Below are positions 28,993-38,414 of a DNA stretch of 64,000 nt, one piece after another. Made by a program: the position numbers and the translations under genes. A model generated the notes under the pieces. That model worked only from the letters and a program-made list of their open reading frames with translations, did no database searches and was not told the origin of the DNA. Origin of the DNA: Paenibacillus sp. (GTDB taxonomy: Bacteria > Bacillota > Bacilli > Paenibacillales > Paenibacillaceae); contig JBCNLJ010000010.1 in assembly GCA_039595515.1 (NCBI GenBank), positions 18,197 through 82,196 of the forward strand. The letters are read 5' to 3'. Position 1 is the first letter of the stretch, and each line of letters begins with the position of its first letter.

Positions 28993-29756
28993 ATTTCCTC
29001 CGATAAAAGTAATTATTCATTTTATAGCAGTGGGTTTAATGACCCTTTCAACATCCTACAACACAAGTACGCTCGTTTCAAGCGAACTTTTGCCAAAATA
29101 ACACATGAAAATGAGGTAATTTTAAAAAAAATCAACTCCACCATACAAATTGACAAAAACTATAGCAAAAATGTATTCAACTACAGTGCGGTTACCAAAA
29201 TATGAAAATGTTGTAATGTAATATTGATATTAATTTGATTGTGAAAAATGATTATGATAGTCAGCAAGTCGATGTCAAAAGAAATGTAACACAGTTATTT
29301 GGAGATTAGAATAATTGTTTTGTCGAATTGTTGTTTATATATAATATTTTTGCAATGATCGATAAGTTACATTACTGTATATAATGCTTCCATACAAAAA
29401 GACATAACGATAGCGGATGACAACCGGGCTTATACTTACTATAAGATTGTGAAACAAAACGATAGACGAGAAACAGCAACATTCGTTGGAGGGATACATC
29501 ATAGAAGGAAGAATGGATGTTACCCTTTTCGCGTGACGCTTACGTGATAATGAAGTGTATAAAATGCAGGCTTTGGAGCGGCGTGAGAATGGAAACTGTA
29601 ATAAGTAAATTGAAGAAAATTCCGTATTTCTGATACATTTACGTCCTGACCGGGTATATAAGAACAATGGCCAGTCGTAATGGTTGCTGGCTCAATTGCA
29701 TACTATGCACTCTGCATACAGCAAAATTGCTCATCATTCTAGGGAGGTCAATTCGT

Positions 29757-30401
29757 ATGACTACTATGAAAATGAAAGCTGAAAAACGTGAAGCAACTAA
29801 ATATTCCGCGGTCCGCGAGCTGCGCAACAGCGGCCGTACGCCGGGCGTTGTATATGGACCCGATCTCGGAAGTATTCCGGTACATGTGGATAGCAAGCAA
29901 TTACAGGTACAAGCTCGCCGCGGTGGTGCAGATATCTTCTCACTGACGCTGGATAACGGCAAGGATGTACAGGTGCTGCTGAAAGATGTGCAGCGTCGCG
30001 AAGGACGCATCCTGCATGTGGACTTCTTGCAAGTATCCTCCAAAAAACCAATTACCGTTAGCGTACCACTGGACTTCCATGGCGAAGCACCGGGAACGAA
30101 AGTCGGCGGTATTTTACAAACACAAACGAACGAGCTGGACGTGTCCGGTCTTGCCAAAGACTTGCCGTCTACACTCGTAGTGGATGTATCCAAGCTGGAG
30201 ATCGGTGATACGATCACAGCCGCAGACGTTGAATTGCCAGATGGCGTAGAGCTGATCTCGCATGGCGAGGATATTCTCGTTTCCGTCGCTGTACCTCGTG
30301 TAGCTGACGAAGATCTGGAAACACCTGCTGCATCTGATGAAGAAGCAACAGGTGAGGAAGCGACAGAAGAAGCTTCTGACGAAGAGAAAACAGAAGAGTA
30401 A
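29757..30401 (+). CDS. rplY: 50S ribosomal protein L25/general stress protein Ctc
   Basis: LRNSGRTPGVVYG, ILHVDF, acidic C-terminal tail; GGGAGG RBS. Confidence 0.92.
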   Translation: MTTMKMKAEKREATKYSAVRELRNSGRTPGVVYGPDLGSIPVHVDSKQLQVQARRGGADIFSLTLDNGKDVQVLLKDVQRREGRILHVDFLQVSSKKPITVSVPLDFHGEAPGTKVGGILQTQTNELDVSGLAKDLPSTLVVDVSKLEIGDTITAADVELPDGVELISHGEDILVSVAVPRVADEDLETPAASDEEATGEEATEEASDEEKTEE

Positions 30402-30726
30402 TCTTCGACTTGTTATGCATGAAGTTCAGGCTATCGTGAGCTGAAAATAATATAGGATCACTGCTTCGCATCGAATGCGATACAGTGTGCACGGAACCGG
30501 GGCGGTTGTTACGCTCCGGTTTTTGTGTTGAACATCTCCTTTAACCTGTACGCTTTAGGGTGCTCGGTTTCGTATAACAGAGCATCATTATTCTGACTTC
30601 GATAGAGCAGAGGTTCCCATCCGTAGCAGGCGCAAAATAATGCTGAATATGATACGATATAGTGGTGAATGCGCGACTGAGTACAATCGCTCATTCACTA
30701 TTCATTACATACAAAAAGGAGTTGCT

Positions 30727-31020
30727 ATGACCATGATCAAGCATATTGTCCTGTTTAAATTTAAAAATCCTTCTGAGGAAATTATTAACAATGTGATCAC
30801 AGGTTTGCGTGCGCTGGAGGGCAAAGTGGAGACATTGCGCTCCATTCAGGTAGGTGTGGACGTGATTCGCAGCGAGCGTTCGTATGATGTAGCGCTGGTT
30901 AGTGATTTTGACTCGCTGGATGATCTTCAAGCCTATCAGGTGCATCCGGATCATGTACAAATTGCGGAATATATTGCAACGGTGAAGGAATCTACAATTG
31001 CCGTTGATTACGAATACTGA
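30727..31020 (+). CDS. Dabb family (stress-responsive A/B barrel) protein
   Basis: MIKHIVLFKFK, YQVHPDH, AVDYE. Confidence 0.9.
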   Translation: MTMIKHIVLFKFKNPSEEIINNVITGLRALEGKVETLRSIQVGVDVIRSERSYDVALVSDFDSLDDLQAYQVHPDHVQIAEYIATVKESTIAVDYEY

Positions 31021-31147
31021 GTTGCATCGATGATATGCAGGATTTGCGGACGTTCTGGCAGTTACCTGGTCAACTGATCGAAATGCTGCCAGATTCCTTG
31101 TTACAGCACAGATGATTTTTCAAAAACATAAAGTGAGGGGTTAGCAA

Positions 31148-31624
31148 ATGGGCATGATCGGAGGTTATCTGGCGGTCGACCGTACGTTAATAGAACAATT
31201 GGCGCAGGGAAAGCGTAAATTGGACGATATTGATATGGAAGATTTCTCTGATTTGGATATCGATAAATCGTGGCAAGCGATTCACTTTGTGTTGTGTGGT
31301 GAACTGGATAATGGTATGCCGCCAAAAGGGTATGTGGTGCCGATGGTAAGCGATCAATTTTTGGAATTTGGAGAATATGGTGCTTTTTATTTGCTGCCTG
31401 AGCAGGTCAAGGAAGCGTCTCTTTTTCTTGAATCGCTGCCAGAGGAAGAACTGAAAAATCTGTATGATTTCGATGTGCTTGTTAAAGAAGAGATTTATCC
31501 GATCTATGATGGTGATAATAGCGATGAGTTTTTTGAATATATCGCGGACTACGTAAAGCAAATACGGGTTTTTTACGCCACTATGGTGCGTAAGGAGCAA
31601 GGCGTCATTTTTTATATTGCCTGA
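31148..31624 (+). CDS. YfbM/DUF1877 family protein
   Basis: MGMIG start, LDIDKSWQAIHFVL. Confidence 0.85.
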   Translation: MGMIGGYLAVDRTLIEQLAQGKRKLDDIDMEDFSDLDIDKSWQAIHFVLCGELDNGMPPKGYVVPMVSDQFLEFGEYGAFYLLPEQVKEASLFLESLPEEELKNLYDFDVLVKEEIYPIYDGDNSDEFFEYIADYVKQIRVFYATMVRKEQGVIFYIA

Positions 31625-31698
31625 TGGATTGAACAGGCAGCAATCTACTCGATATTTTCGATAAAATATGATTATGATCGCAAAGGCGGTGTCAAACG

Positions 31699-32121
31699 GT
31701 GTACTACGTAAATCGTGAGCAAATTGAACGCCGGATTGCGGCACTTGATGATGTATATGGAGCACTGGAGCAGGTGGCCTCTGACTGGGATGGTAGCCTG
31801 TTCAGCGGTATGGTGCAGGAGCGTGCGCTTCATCTCGCTATTGAATGTGTAACGGATATTGGGAGTTATTTGATCGATGGCTTTATTATGCGTGACGCGA
31901 GTAGCTATGATGATATTATTGAAATTATTCGCGGCGAGCAGGTGATGGACGAGGACACAGCGGTTCGTTTGCTGGAGCTGGTGAAGCTGCGTCGTCCACT
32001 TGTACAGGATTATTATGATTGGCCGCGTCATGAATTGCATCCGCTTACTTCCATTATGCCGGAGGTGCTGCGCGGATTTGCGCGGCAGGTGAGCGAGTAT
32101 CTGGATCGTGAGCTGCGGTAG
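31699..32121 (+). CDS. yutE: DUF86/HepT-like HEPN protein (YutE-like)
   Basis: MYYVNRE, LIDGFIMRDASSYDDII, RRPLVQDY. GTG start. Confidence 0.8.
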   Translation: MYYVNREQIERRIAALDDVYGALEQVASDWDGSLFSGMVQERALHLAIECVTDIGSYLIDGFIMRDASSYDDIIEIIRGEQVMDEDTAVRLLELVKLRRPLVQDYYDWPRHELHPLTSIMPEVLRGFARQVSEYLDRELR

Positions 32122-32278
32122 TGTATACGAACAGACTGTTAACAAATGAATCGTTTTGAATTTACATCCCCTGCCAGATAAGCTACAATAACGGTATTAT
32201 TAAAGGGATGCTGTGACCCTTTTCGCTGATAATGGCGGACAGGGTCATTTTATTTTTATAGCAAAGGGGGGTCCAGGG

Positions 32279-32896
32279 ATGAAAGCCAACCCACAACCGT
32301 CCACACGACGAACGATCATGATGTTACTGAAGACGAGCGGTCCGGCAAGCGTATCGGATCTGGCCCAGAAACTGGAGATTACCGAAATGGCGGTTCGGCG
32401 CCATATTCAGTCATTAGAGCAGGAAGGACTGCTGCTGGCAGAGACGGTGCGTATACCGACTGGACGACCGTATTTACGCTTTCGATTGAGCGAGCAGGCG
32501 GCAGAGCATTTTCCACACAATTACCATCAGTTAACGCTCGATCTGTTGGATGAGCTGGATGATGCTTCAATCGCGCGCATTTTTGAAGGGCGTAAGCAAA
32601 AGCTGCTTGACCGATATCGTCCGCTCATGGAGCAGCAAAGTCTGGGCGAGCGTGTGGCAGCCTTGACGGAGATTCAGCATCAAAGCGGTTATATGGCGAG
32701 CTATGAAAGCAATGATAACGGCGAATATACGATGTATGAATATAACTGTCCGATCAATCGTGTTGCGGATCAGCACGGTATTGCCTGTCAGTGTGAGCAG
32801 GAATTGTTTCAGCAGTTGCTAGGTGCGAAGGTGACTCGTACAGAATGCATTGCTAAAGGCGGTCAGTGCTGCATTTATCAGATTCAGAAGCGGTAA
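32279..32896 (+). CDS. Winged-HTH regulator, SufR/ArsR-like with Cys-containing C-terminal domain
   Basis: LEITEMAVRRHI, TGRP, NCPI..C..E..LF, C...G...C. Confidence 0.8.
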   Translation: MKANPQPSTRRTIMMLLKTSGPASVSDLAQKLEITEMAVRRHIQSLEQEGLLLAETVRIPTGRPYLRFRLSEQAAEHFPHNYHQLTLDLLDELDDASIARIFEGRKQKLLDRYRPLMEQQSLGERVAALTEIQHQSGYMASYESNDNGEYTMYEYNCPINRVADQHGIACQCEQELFQQLLGAKVTRTECIAKGGQCCIYQIQKR

Positions 32897-33206
32897 AAGA
32901 GGGCGTAGTTACAAGCGTGTCAACGAGGGTAAGGGGAGAAGGATTAATTACACTTTTTATTTGATTTCATCCTACTTCATTTCATTTTACTTCATTCCAT
33001 GCACCTGTATGGTTTAGCCGATTCCTGTACCGCCATCATCTGAATAAGCACAAAGGACTCGTTTCCACCCCTGCAAAGGTGAGAAAAGCGAGTCCTTTGT
33101 CGTGTCTTAGCCTATTTTGCAAGCAAAGATTCGTAAAAACTATAGCAAAGCTGTTATTGTGGGTAATAGTAAACAAATACTTACATTAGAGAATGGAGAG
33201 ATTATA

Positions 33207-33662
33207 ATGGACCAACAAAAAACACAATTCGTATATGGCTTGATCGCAGGCGCACTGATCGGTGCTGGAGCGGCGGCTTTATTCACACCGAAAAGCGGAC
33301 GCGATATGCGTTCTGATCTGCTGTATGGAGCAGAAATGATTCGCGAGAAAGGTCCAGAATGGAATGAGAAAGGCCATGAAGTGACCGAAAAGGGTCGCGA
33401 GGTGGTAGCGGTTGTTAAAGAATCAATTGGTGTAGCGCGCGAATGGAAAGAGCAAGTCGAAGCCGCAGCCGAAGATGTAAAGCACGAGCTGGCTGAATTC
33501 AAAGAGCAGCAGGATGCGGAAAAGCAAAATGATACAGATAAATCCAGCGATGCAACAGGTAGTGCTGCAAAAGAAACATCATCAACTCCTGCTGCAAATT
33601 CAACCAAAACGCCGACAACTCCGCCAGCAGGCAAAGATAAAACGAGTAATTACAGCGTATAA
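33207..33662 (+). CDS. YtxH-domain (gas-vesicle-like) protein
   Basis: GLIAGALIGAGAAALFTPKSGRDMR. Confidence 0.88.
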   Translation: MDQQKTQFVYGLIAGALIGAGAAALFTPKSGRDMRSDLLYGAEMIREKGPEWNEKGHEVTEKGREVVAVVKESIGVAREWKEQVEAAAEDVKHELAEFKEQQDAEKQNDTDKSSDATGSAAKETSSTPAANSTKTPTTPPAGKDKTSNYSV

Positions 33663-33686
33663 CGATTAGAAATATAGATCTATCCG

Positions 33687-33734
33687 AAGCCCGATTGTAC
33701 GGAGAATCCTCCATACGATCGGGCTTTTATTTTT
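33687..33734 (+). terminator. Terminator after ytxH
   Basis: AAGCCCGATTGTA / TACGATCGGGCTTTTATTTTT. Confidence 0.8.
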
Positions 33735-33982
33735 GTACATGCCTATTCATTTTTTAACGTGCTGCTTAAGCAATATCTCATAGACAATAGTTCGCAAAAT
33801 GAATAACTTTATGAGTGACAAAAATATAAATTTAAGTAATATAATTACTTATTTTAGGTTATTATATTCTTAACTAATTTTCCATAATATTATTAAAGAG
33901 TATGTAATTGCACAAATCGAAATGCCCCTTTCTTCTGACTTCTCGTGAATGCATCTGTACGTGAAAGGAGGTGAATATTCCA

Positions 33983-35512
33983 ATGAACTATCGATTACCT
34001 GTGTCATTTGTTTTGTTATTTCTCGGTGTGTGGTTTTATCATCCTGTTATGCATGCAGCCGAAATTGAAATCGCTTCAGAAAAGGGCATTTCATTCCAAA
34101 GCGCATCAAGCAGTAGCGAGGCTTCCAGCAGTAATGAAGCTTCTGCTAGCAGCAATACAACAGAGGCAAGCCATACTTCGCAGTCTGATGCTGGACTGGT
34201 ACAGCGCACAGCGGCTTCGTTAACTGGAACGCTGTCAAATACGGCGAAGTCTGTAACGGATACTGCGCAAAAAGCAACCTCTAATGTGGTCTCTCAGACG
34301 ACAGGCACTGTAGACAATACGACGAAGGTCGTAACGGAAGCAGTCGGTAACACAGCGGGGATTGTGAATAATGCGAGCGATCTGACTCAAAACGTGATCA
34401 CTGAAACAGAGAAGGTCGTGTCTGGCAAGCCAGCAGATATTACCGGAGCTGTATCCTCAGGAGTCACGAATACGGTCAACGATACCGCGAACACAGCGAC
34501 ATCCGCTGTATCCGGTACAGTATCTACAACGACAGAAGCAGTAGGCGAAACGGTAAAGACGGTCGATCAGACGGTGAAGGCGGTAACGGAAACGACCGGT
34601 GAAGCTGTAACTGAAGTGCTAGACACAACAGAAACAGTGGTTGACACCCTACCTGTAATTGTAAAGGAGACGGTAAATCAAGTACCGATTGTGTCGACTC
34701 CTGTTACAGTTCCACCTGTGGTAACTATACCACCTGTTGTGACAGTACCACCGATCTCGACTACTCCTGATCCTGTAACCGGGCAGACCCCTGTCTCCGA
34801 GTCGACTCCTGGTCGTGAGCAGCAGCCAGCCGGACGTGATCAGGATACAGGGACAGCAGTACAGTCACCTGTAGCCGAGCGACCATCTGGCGTAAGTGCT
34901 TCATCGCCGATTAAGAATACGGTGTCTGCGGATCAACCAATTCAGTCTCCGATAGCGAGCATTCCGCAGCCAACGGAGCCGCTGGTTCGACCTGATGAAG
35001 TACCATTTTCAGGCAGTGCGGATGCTTCGGTTCAAGCGGTCTCCAATGTGGAGCAGCCAGCTACGGAGGTCGGTGATGTGAAGCCTGAAGCTACAGATAC
35101 GAATGCGGAGGCACCGAACGGTGCTAATGCAGCAGGCTTGGCGGTTTCTAATTCTACGCTTCCAGCCGGATCAGCGCAGCAGACGCTTCAAGCGGTATCA
35201 GGACAGACTTCAGATCAGGGTATTGGCGGACAAGCTCCGTTTGCTCCATCTGGCTTGCCATTAACGCAAGGCTGGAATGGTGATCTGATCGGTGTAATCA
35301 CGGCAGGTTCTGCCTCGTCTGGAGGTCAGCTCAACTGGTCAGGCGGTAATGCTGGCGGTACAGCACCAACGGCTATGCTATTGGATACGGTAGAAGCTTC
35401 ATTACTGGAACAGCCTGTTTGGATGTACAGTGCAAGGTCTCAGCGTGGAAGTAGTCAATGGATGAATGCACCACCTGGTCAACCGCCGCAATCGGCTCCC
35501 TATTTTAATTGA
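33983..35512 (+). CDS. Secreted S/T/V/P-rich protein with C-terminal WMNAPPGQPP motif; candidate ribosome-arrest monitoring peptide
   Basis: AAGGAGGTG RBS 9 nt before ATG 33983; signal peptide ending MHA|AE; low-complexity body; C-terminus SQWMNAPPGQPPQSAPYFN. Confidence 0.8.
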   Translation: MNYRLPVSFVLLFLGVWFYHPVMHAAEIEIASEKGISFQSASSSSEASSSNEASASSNTTEASHTSQSDAGLVQRTAASLTGTLSNTAKSVTDTAQKATSNVVSQTTGTVDNTTKVVTEAVGNTAGIVNNASDLTQNVITETEKVVSGKPADITGAVSSGVTNTVNDTANTATSAVSGTVSTTTEAVGETVKTVDQTVKAVTETTGEAVTEVLDTTETVVDTLPVIVKETVNQVPIVSTPVTVPPVVTIPPVVTVPPISTTPDPVTGQTPVSESTPGREQQPAGRDQDTGTAVQSPVAERPSGVSASSPIKNTVSADQPIQSPIASIPQPTEPLVRPDEVPFSGSADASVQAVSNVEQPATEVGDVKPEATDTNAEAPNGANAAGLAVSNSTLPAGSAQQTLQAVSGQTSDQGIGGQAPFAPSGLPLTQGWNGDLIGVITAGSASSGGQLNWSGGNAGGTAPTAMLLDTVEASLLEQPVWMYSARSQRGSSQWMNAPPGQPPQSAPYFN

Positions 35513-35543
35513 CATTTGTCTTATTAAAATAAAAGGGAGCGAT
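35491..35543 (+). promoter_or_regulatory. Hairpin sequestering the Shine-Dalgarno of the downstream LPXTG gene
   Basis: GCTCCCT (35495-35501) pairs with AGGGAGC (35534-35540), and ATTTTAAT (35502-35509) pairs with ATTAAAAT (35523-35530). No U tract follows. Confidence 0.75.
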
Positions 35544-35548
35544 TAACA

Positions 35549-37681
35549 ATGAAATGGTCAGTGAAAATGATGGTAGCAACAGGTTGTCTGGCAGCAACGA
35601 TGGCATGGTCGCATGGAACGGCGCAAGCAGCAGCGGATAGCAACGCTTTGCTTACACTCGATCTCGGCAAGCAGGAGAGCGAAGGGAGCGTGCATGTAGG
35701 TGTGCTTGAGAGCAATCATACTACAGGTACGGAAACGGAGCAGACAGCAGATTCTTTGCTGAATGTGCAAGCGACAGATACGCTCCTGGGAGATGGAGTA
35801 CAAGCTGAAGTATTGACTTCATCAGATAACAATACGTCGACCAGTGAAGCAAGCCATAATGCAGTTGTCGACATTAGCGGCACCGATACAATCGTTGGCG
35901 ATGATGTGAACATCGGTGTGCTGGATAGCCACGAGCAATCGAATCAAAACACTGACGGTTCTCATTCAGCAGTAGTTGAAGTGGGAGCTACGGATACCGT
36001 TTTGGGTGATGATGTGCATGTAAGTGTACTGGACAATCATGAGCAGTCTAGTAGCACAGCAAGCACAGACAGTCAAGCTGTGGTGGAAGTAGGAGCTACA
36101 GATACCATTGTAGGCGATGATGTGCATGTAGGTGTACTGGACAATCATGAGCAGTCTGGTGGCGTAGCAAGCACAGACAGTCAAGCTGTGGTGGAAGTAG
36201 GAGCTACAGATACCATTGTAGGCGATGATGTGCATGTAGGTGTACTGGACAATCATGAGCAGTCTGGTGGCGTAGCAAGCACAGACAGTCAAGCTGTGGT
36301 GGAAGTAGGAGCTACAGATACCATTGTAGGCGATGATGTGCATGTGGGTGTACTGGACAATCATGAGCAGTCTGGTAGTGCAGCAAGCACAGATAGTCAA
36401 GCTGTGGTAGAAGTAGGCGCTACGGATACTATTCTGGGCGATGATGTGCATGTAGGTGTACTGGACAATCATGAGCAGTCTGGTGGCGCAGCAAGCACAG
36501 ATAGCCAGGCTGTGGTAGAAGTAGGAGCTACAGATACCATTGTAGGCGACGATGTGCACGTAGGTGTACTGGACAATCATGAGCAATCCACTGGAACGAC
36601 AAATACTGATCATGAAGCAGTCATCGAAGTAAGCACAGGTAACACTCCTGTAGTTGACGATGTGCATATTGGTGTGTTGGACAACAACCAGCAAACGACG
36701 CCAACGGGTACCAGTCAGCAACAGGCTGGCGTAACATTAGGTGTGGATGATGTGCTTGGGAGTAACCTTGATCTGGCTGTGCTTGAGAATAATAGTGGGC
36801 AAAACAATCAAGGAACCGGTAATCAGTCTTCCCTGATTTCAGTTGGGCTAACGGACAGCATTTTACCAGCTATTGATTTGATTGTACTTGGCAATCAAAC
36901 CTTCGTACCCGCACCTGGTGGCGGTGATAACGGTTCTGGCGGTGGAACGACCCCGACTGAACCAACACAGCCAGGTAATGGCGGCGGAAATAATGGTGGT
37001 AACAATGGTGGTAACACAGGCGGCACGGATCCTGATGATAACGGGAATACTGGCGGTAATGGCAACACAGGTAATAACGGCAATACAGGAAATAATGGCA
37101 ACAACGGTGGTAACACTGGTGGAGGCGGAACTACCGGCGGCAACACAGGTGGCGACAATTCTCCTGGTAATACGACCACTGGCGGTAACAATACGGGTGG
37201 TTCTGGCGGTACAGGTTCGGTTTCTACCAGTACAGAGGGCACGAATACGAATGCTACAGTCGGTTCCGAGATGAGTGCTTCCACTGGCGGAGCAGCAGGA
37301 ACGGATAGTGTAATCTCTGCAGCTTCCACAGGTGACCCGGTCAGTGCAACAGAAACAGCAACAAACGGAAATGCAACACAGCCGTCCAATCCGGTAAATG
37401 CAGCCGGCTTTAACGGCATAACTGCATCTGCAGAGCTGCTGCCAGTTTCAGGCGAACCAGCATCTATCGTTACCGCTGCAAGTACAGGTATGGTAGCTGC
37501 AAGTGAAGCGAACGAGCAGTCCGCAGATCACCAGGCGATGAATGGTAACGGTGTGATGGGTATGAACCAACTGCCGCAAACGGGAGAAACGACTCCATTT
37601 GCTGTATATGCACTGGGTAGCCTGCTCATTTTGCTTGGATTGGCTTTGCGTAATCGTAGTCAATGGAAAGCCTTGAACTAA
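35549..37681 (+). CDS. Sortase-anchored (LPQTG) surface protein with 36-aa tandem repeats and G/N-rich stalk
   Basis: Signal peptide (TAQA|AA); repeats ASTDSQAVVEVGATDTIVGDDVHVGVLDNHEQSGGV; LPQTG at 37571-37585 followed by a TM segment and basic tail. Confidence 0.9.
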   Translation: MKWSVKMMVATGCLAATMAWSHGTAQAAADSNALLTLDLGKQESEGSVHVGVLESNHTTGTETEQTADSLLNVQATDTLLGDGVQAEVLTSSDNNTSTSEASHNAVVDISGTDTIVGDDVNIGVLDSHEQSNQNTDGSHSAVVEVGATDTVLGDDVHVSVLDNHEQSSSTASTDSQAVVEVGATDTIVGDDVHVGVLDNHEQSGGVASTDSQAVVEVGATDTIVGDDVHVGVLDNHEQSGGVASTDSQAVVEVGATDTIVGDDVHVGVLDNHEQSGSAASTDSQAVVEVGATDTILGDDVHVGVLDNHEQSGGAASTDSQAVVEVGATDTIVGDDVHVGVLDNHEQSTGTTNTDHEAVIEVSTGNTPVVDDVHIGVLDNNQQTTPTGTSQQQAGVTLGVDDVLGSNLDLAVLENNSGQNNQGTGNQSSLISVGLTDSILPAIDLIVLGNQTFVPAPGGGDNGSGGGTTPTEPTQPGNGGGNNGGNNGGNTGGTDPDDNGNTGGNGNTGNNGNTGNNGNNGGNTGGGGTTGGNTGGDNSPGNTTTGGNNTGGSGGTGSVSTSTEGTNTNATVGSEMSASTGGAAGTDSVISAASTGDPVSATETATNGNATQPSNPVNAAGFNGITASAELLPVSGEPASIVTAASTGMVAASEANEQSADHQAMNGNGVMGMNQLPQTGETTPFAVYALGSLLILLGLALRNRSQWKALN
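35630..36890 (+). repeat. 108-bp coding tandem repeat (about 12 units, 5 near-identical)
   Basis: AAGCACAGA anchors at 36061, 36169, 36277, 36385 and 36493 (period 108); diverged units on both sides. Confidence 0.95.
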
Positions 37682-38051
37682 AGTTAGAAACTAGTATTCT
37701 GGCATAGCAATGAACAAGCGTAACACCAGCAACATTGTACTGTTCCGAGTTGTATGGCACCATCATGCAACTACCGATGATAGCAGCATGCATCGACAGA
37801 GAAGTACAAACGTTTTGCATAGAAGTATGAAGCTAGTATGAAGCTCCTGACGAGGAGCATTATACTGCATAGAGCCGCCTTTGCTTGTCAGAGGCGACTC
37901 TATTTTTTTGCGCATTATGCCTTATTTCCTGAAACTTTTTGTGACTCAAACGTATTATATACAGTACGCACCATGTGCGTGCATATGCCTATCGATTCAA
38001 CTGCGCCCTGATCGCAGCTACGGCGCCATAATGATGAAGGAGAGATGCAAC

Positions 38052-38312
38052 ATGTCCAAATGGGCTCGTTTATTTTCAGCAAAGCAGTGGCTGCATGTGT
38101 TTAAGAGATTGCCAGGTTTGCTGACCTCCAGACAACTGCCATTAAAAGAAAAAATGCTCTTTATTATTCCGGTACTCGCTTACTGGGTTATGCCTGATGT
38201 GATGCCGTTCATGCCGATTGATGATATCGGGGTTACCCTGCTGATGATGAACTGGTTTGTATCCCGGGCTGAGAGCAAGCTGTCTGTTATCGAATACGAT
38301 CCGCGCCGCTGA
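38052..38312 (+). CDS. Small membrane protein, YkvA/DUF1232-like
   Basis: LAYWVMPDVMPFMPIDDIGV; AAGGAG RBS. Confidence 0.75.
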   Translation: MSKWARLFSAKQWLHVFKRLPGLLTSRQLPLKEKMLFIIPVLAYWVMPDVMPFMPIDDIGVTLLMMNWFVSRAESKLSVIEYDPRR

Positions 38313-38414
38313 GTATCGGTTTAGCCTTGCGTATTGGCGGGACGAGTTATACAATAGAACTATTGCGTCCTGCCCTATAGCAGGCGATTCGAACTGAACG
38401 AAGGAGCTGATCTC

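Noticed and set aside
29636-29657. SigB-like promoter (CATTTA..GGGTAT) upstream of ctc/rplY
   Set aside because: The -10 fits but the -35 and spacing are poor, so it is too weak to call.
36061-36600. Regularly spaced repeats as a possible CRISPR array
   Set aside because: The units are contiguous 108-bp in-frame coding repeats with no unique spacers, and there are no cas genes.
35966-37419. Long antisense ORFs (251 aa, 174 aa) opposite the LPXTG gene, and similar shadow ORFs opposite fruA, PTS, hemH, rlmL and thiC
   Set aside because: They mirror repeats or codon bias of well-supported genes on the other strand and have no RBS or domain motifs.
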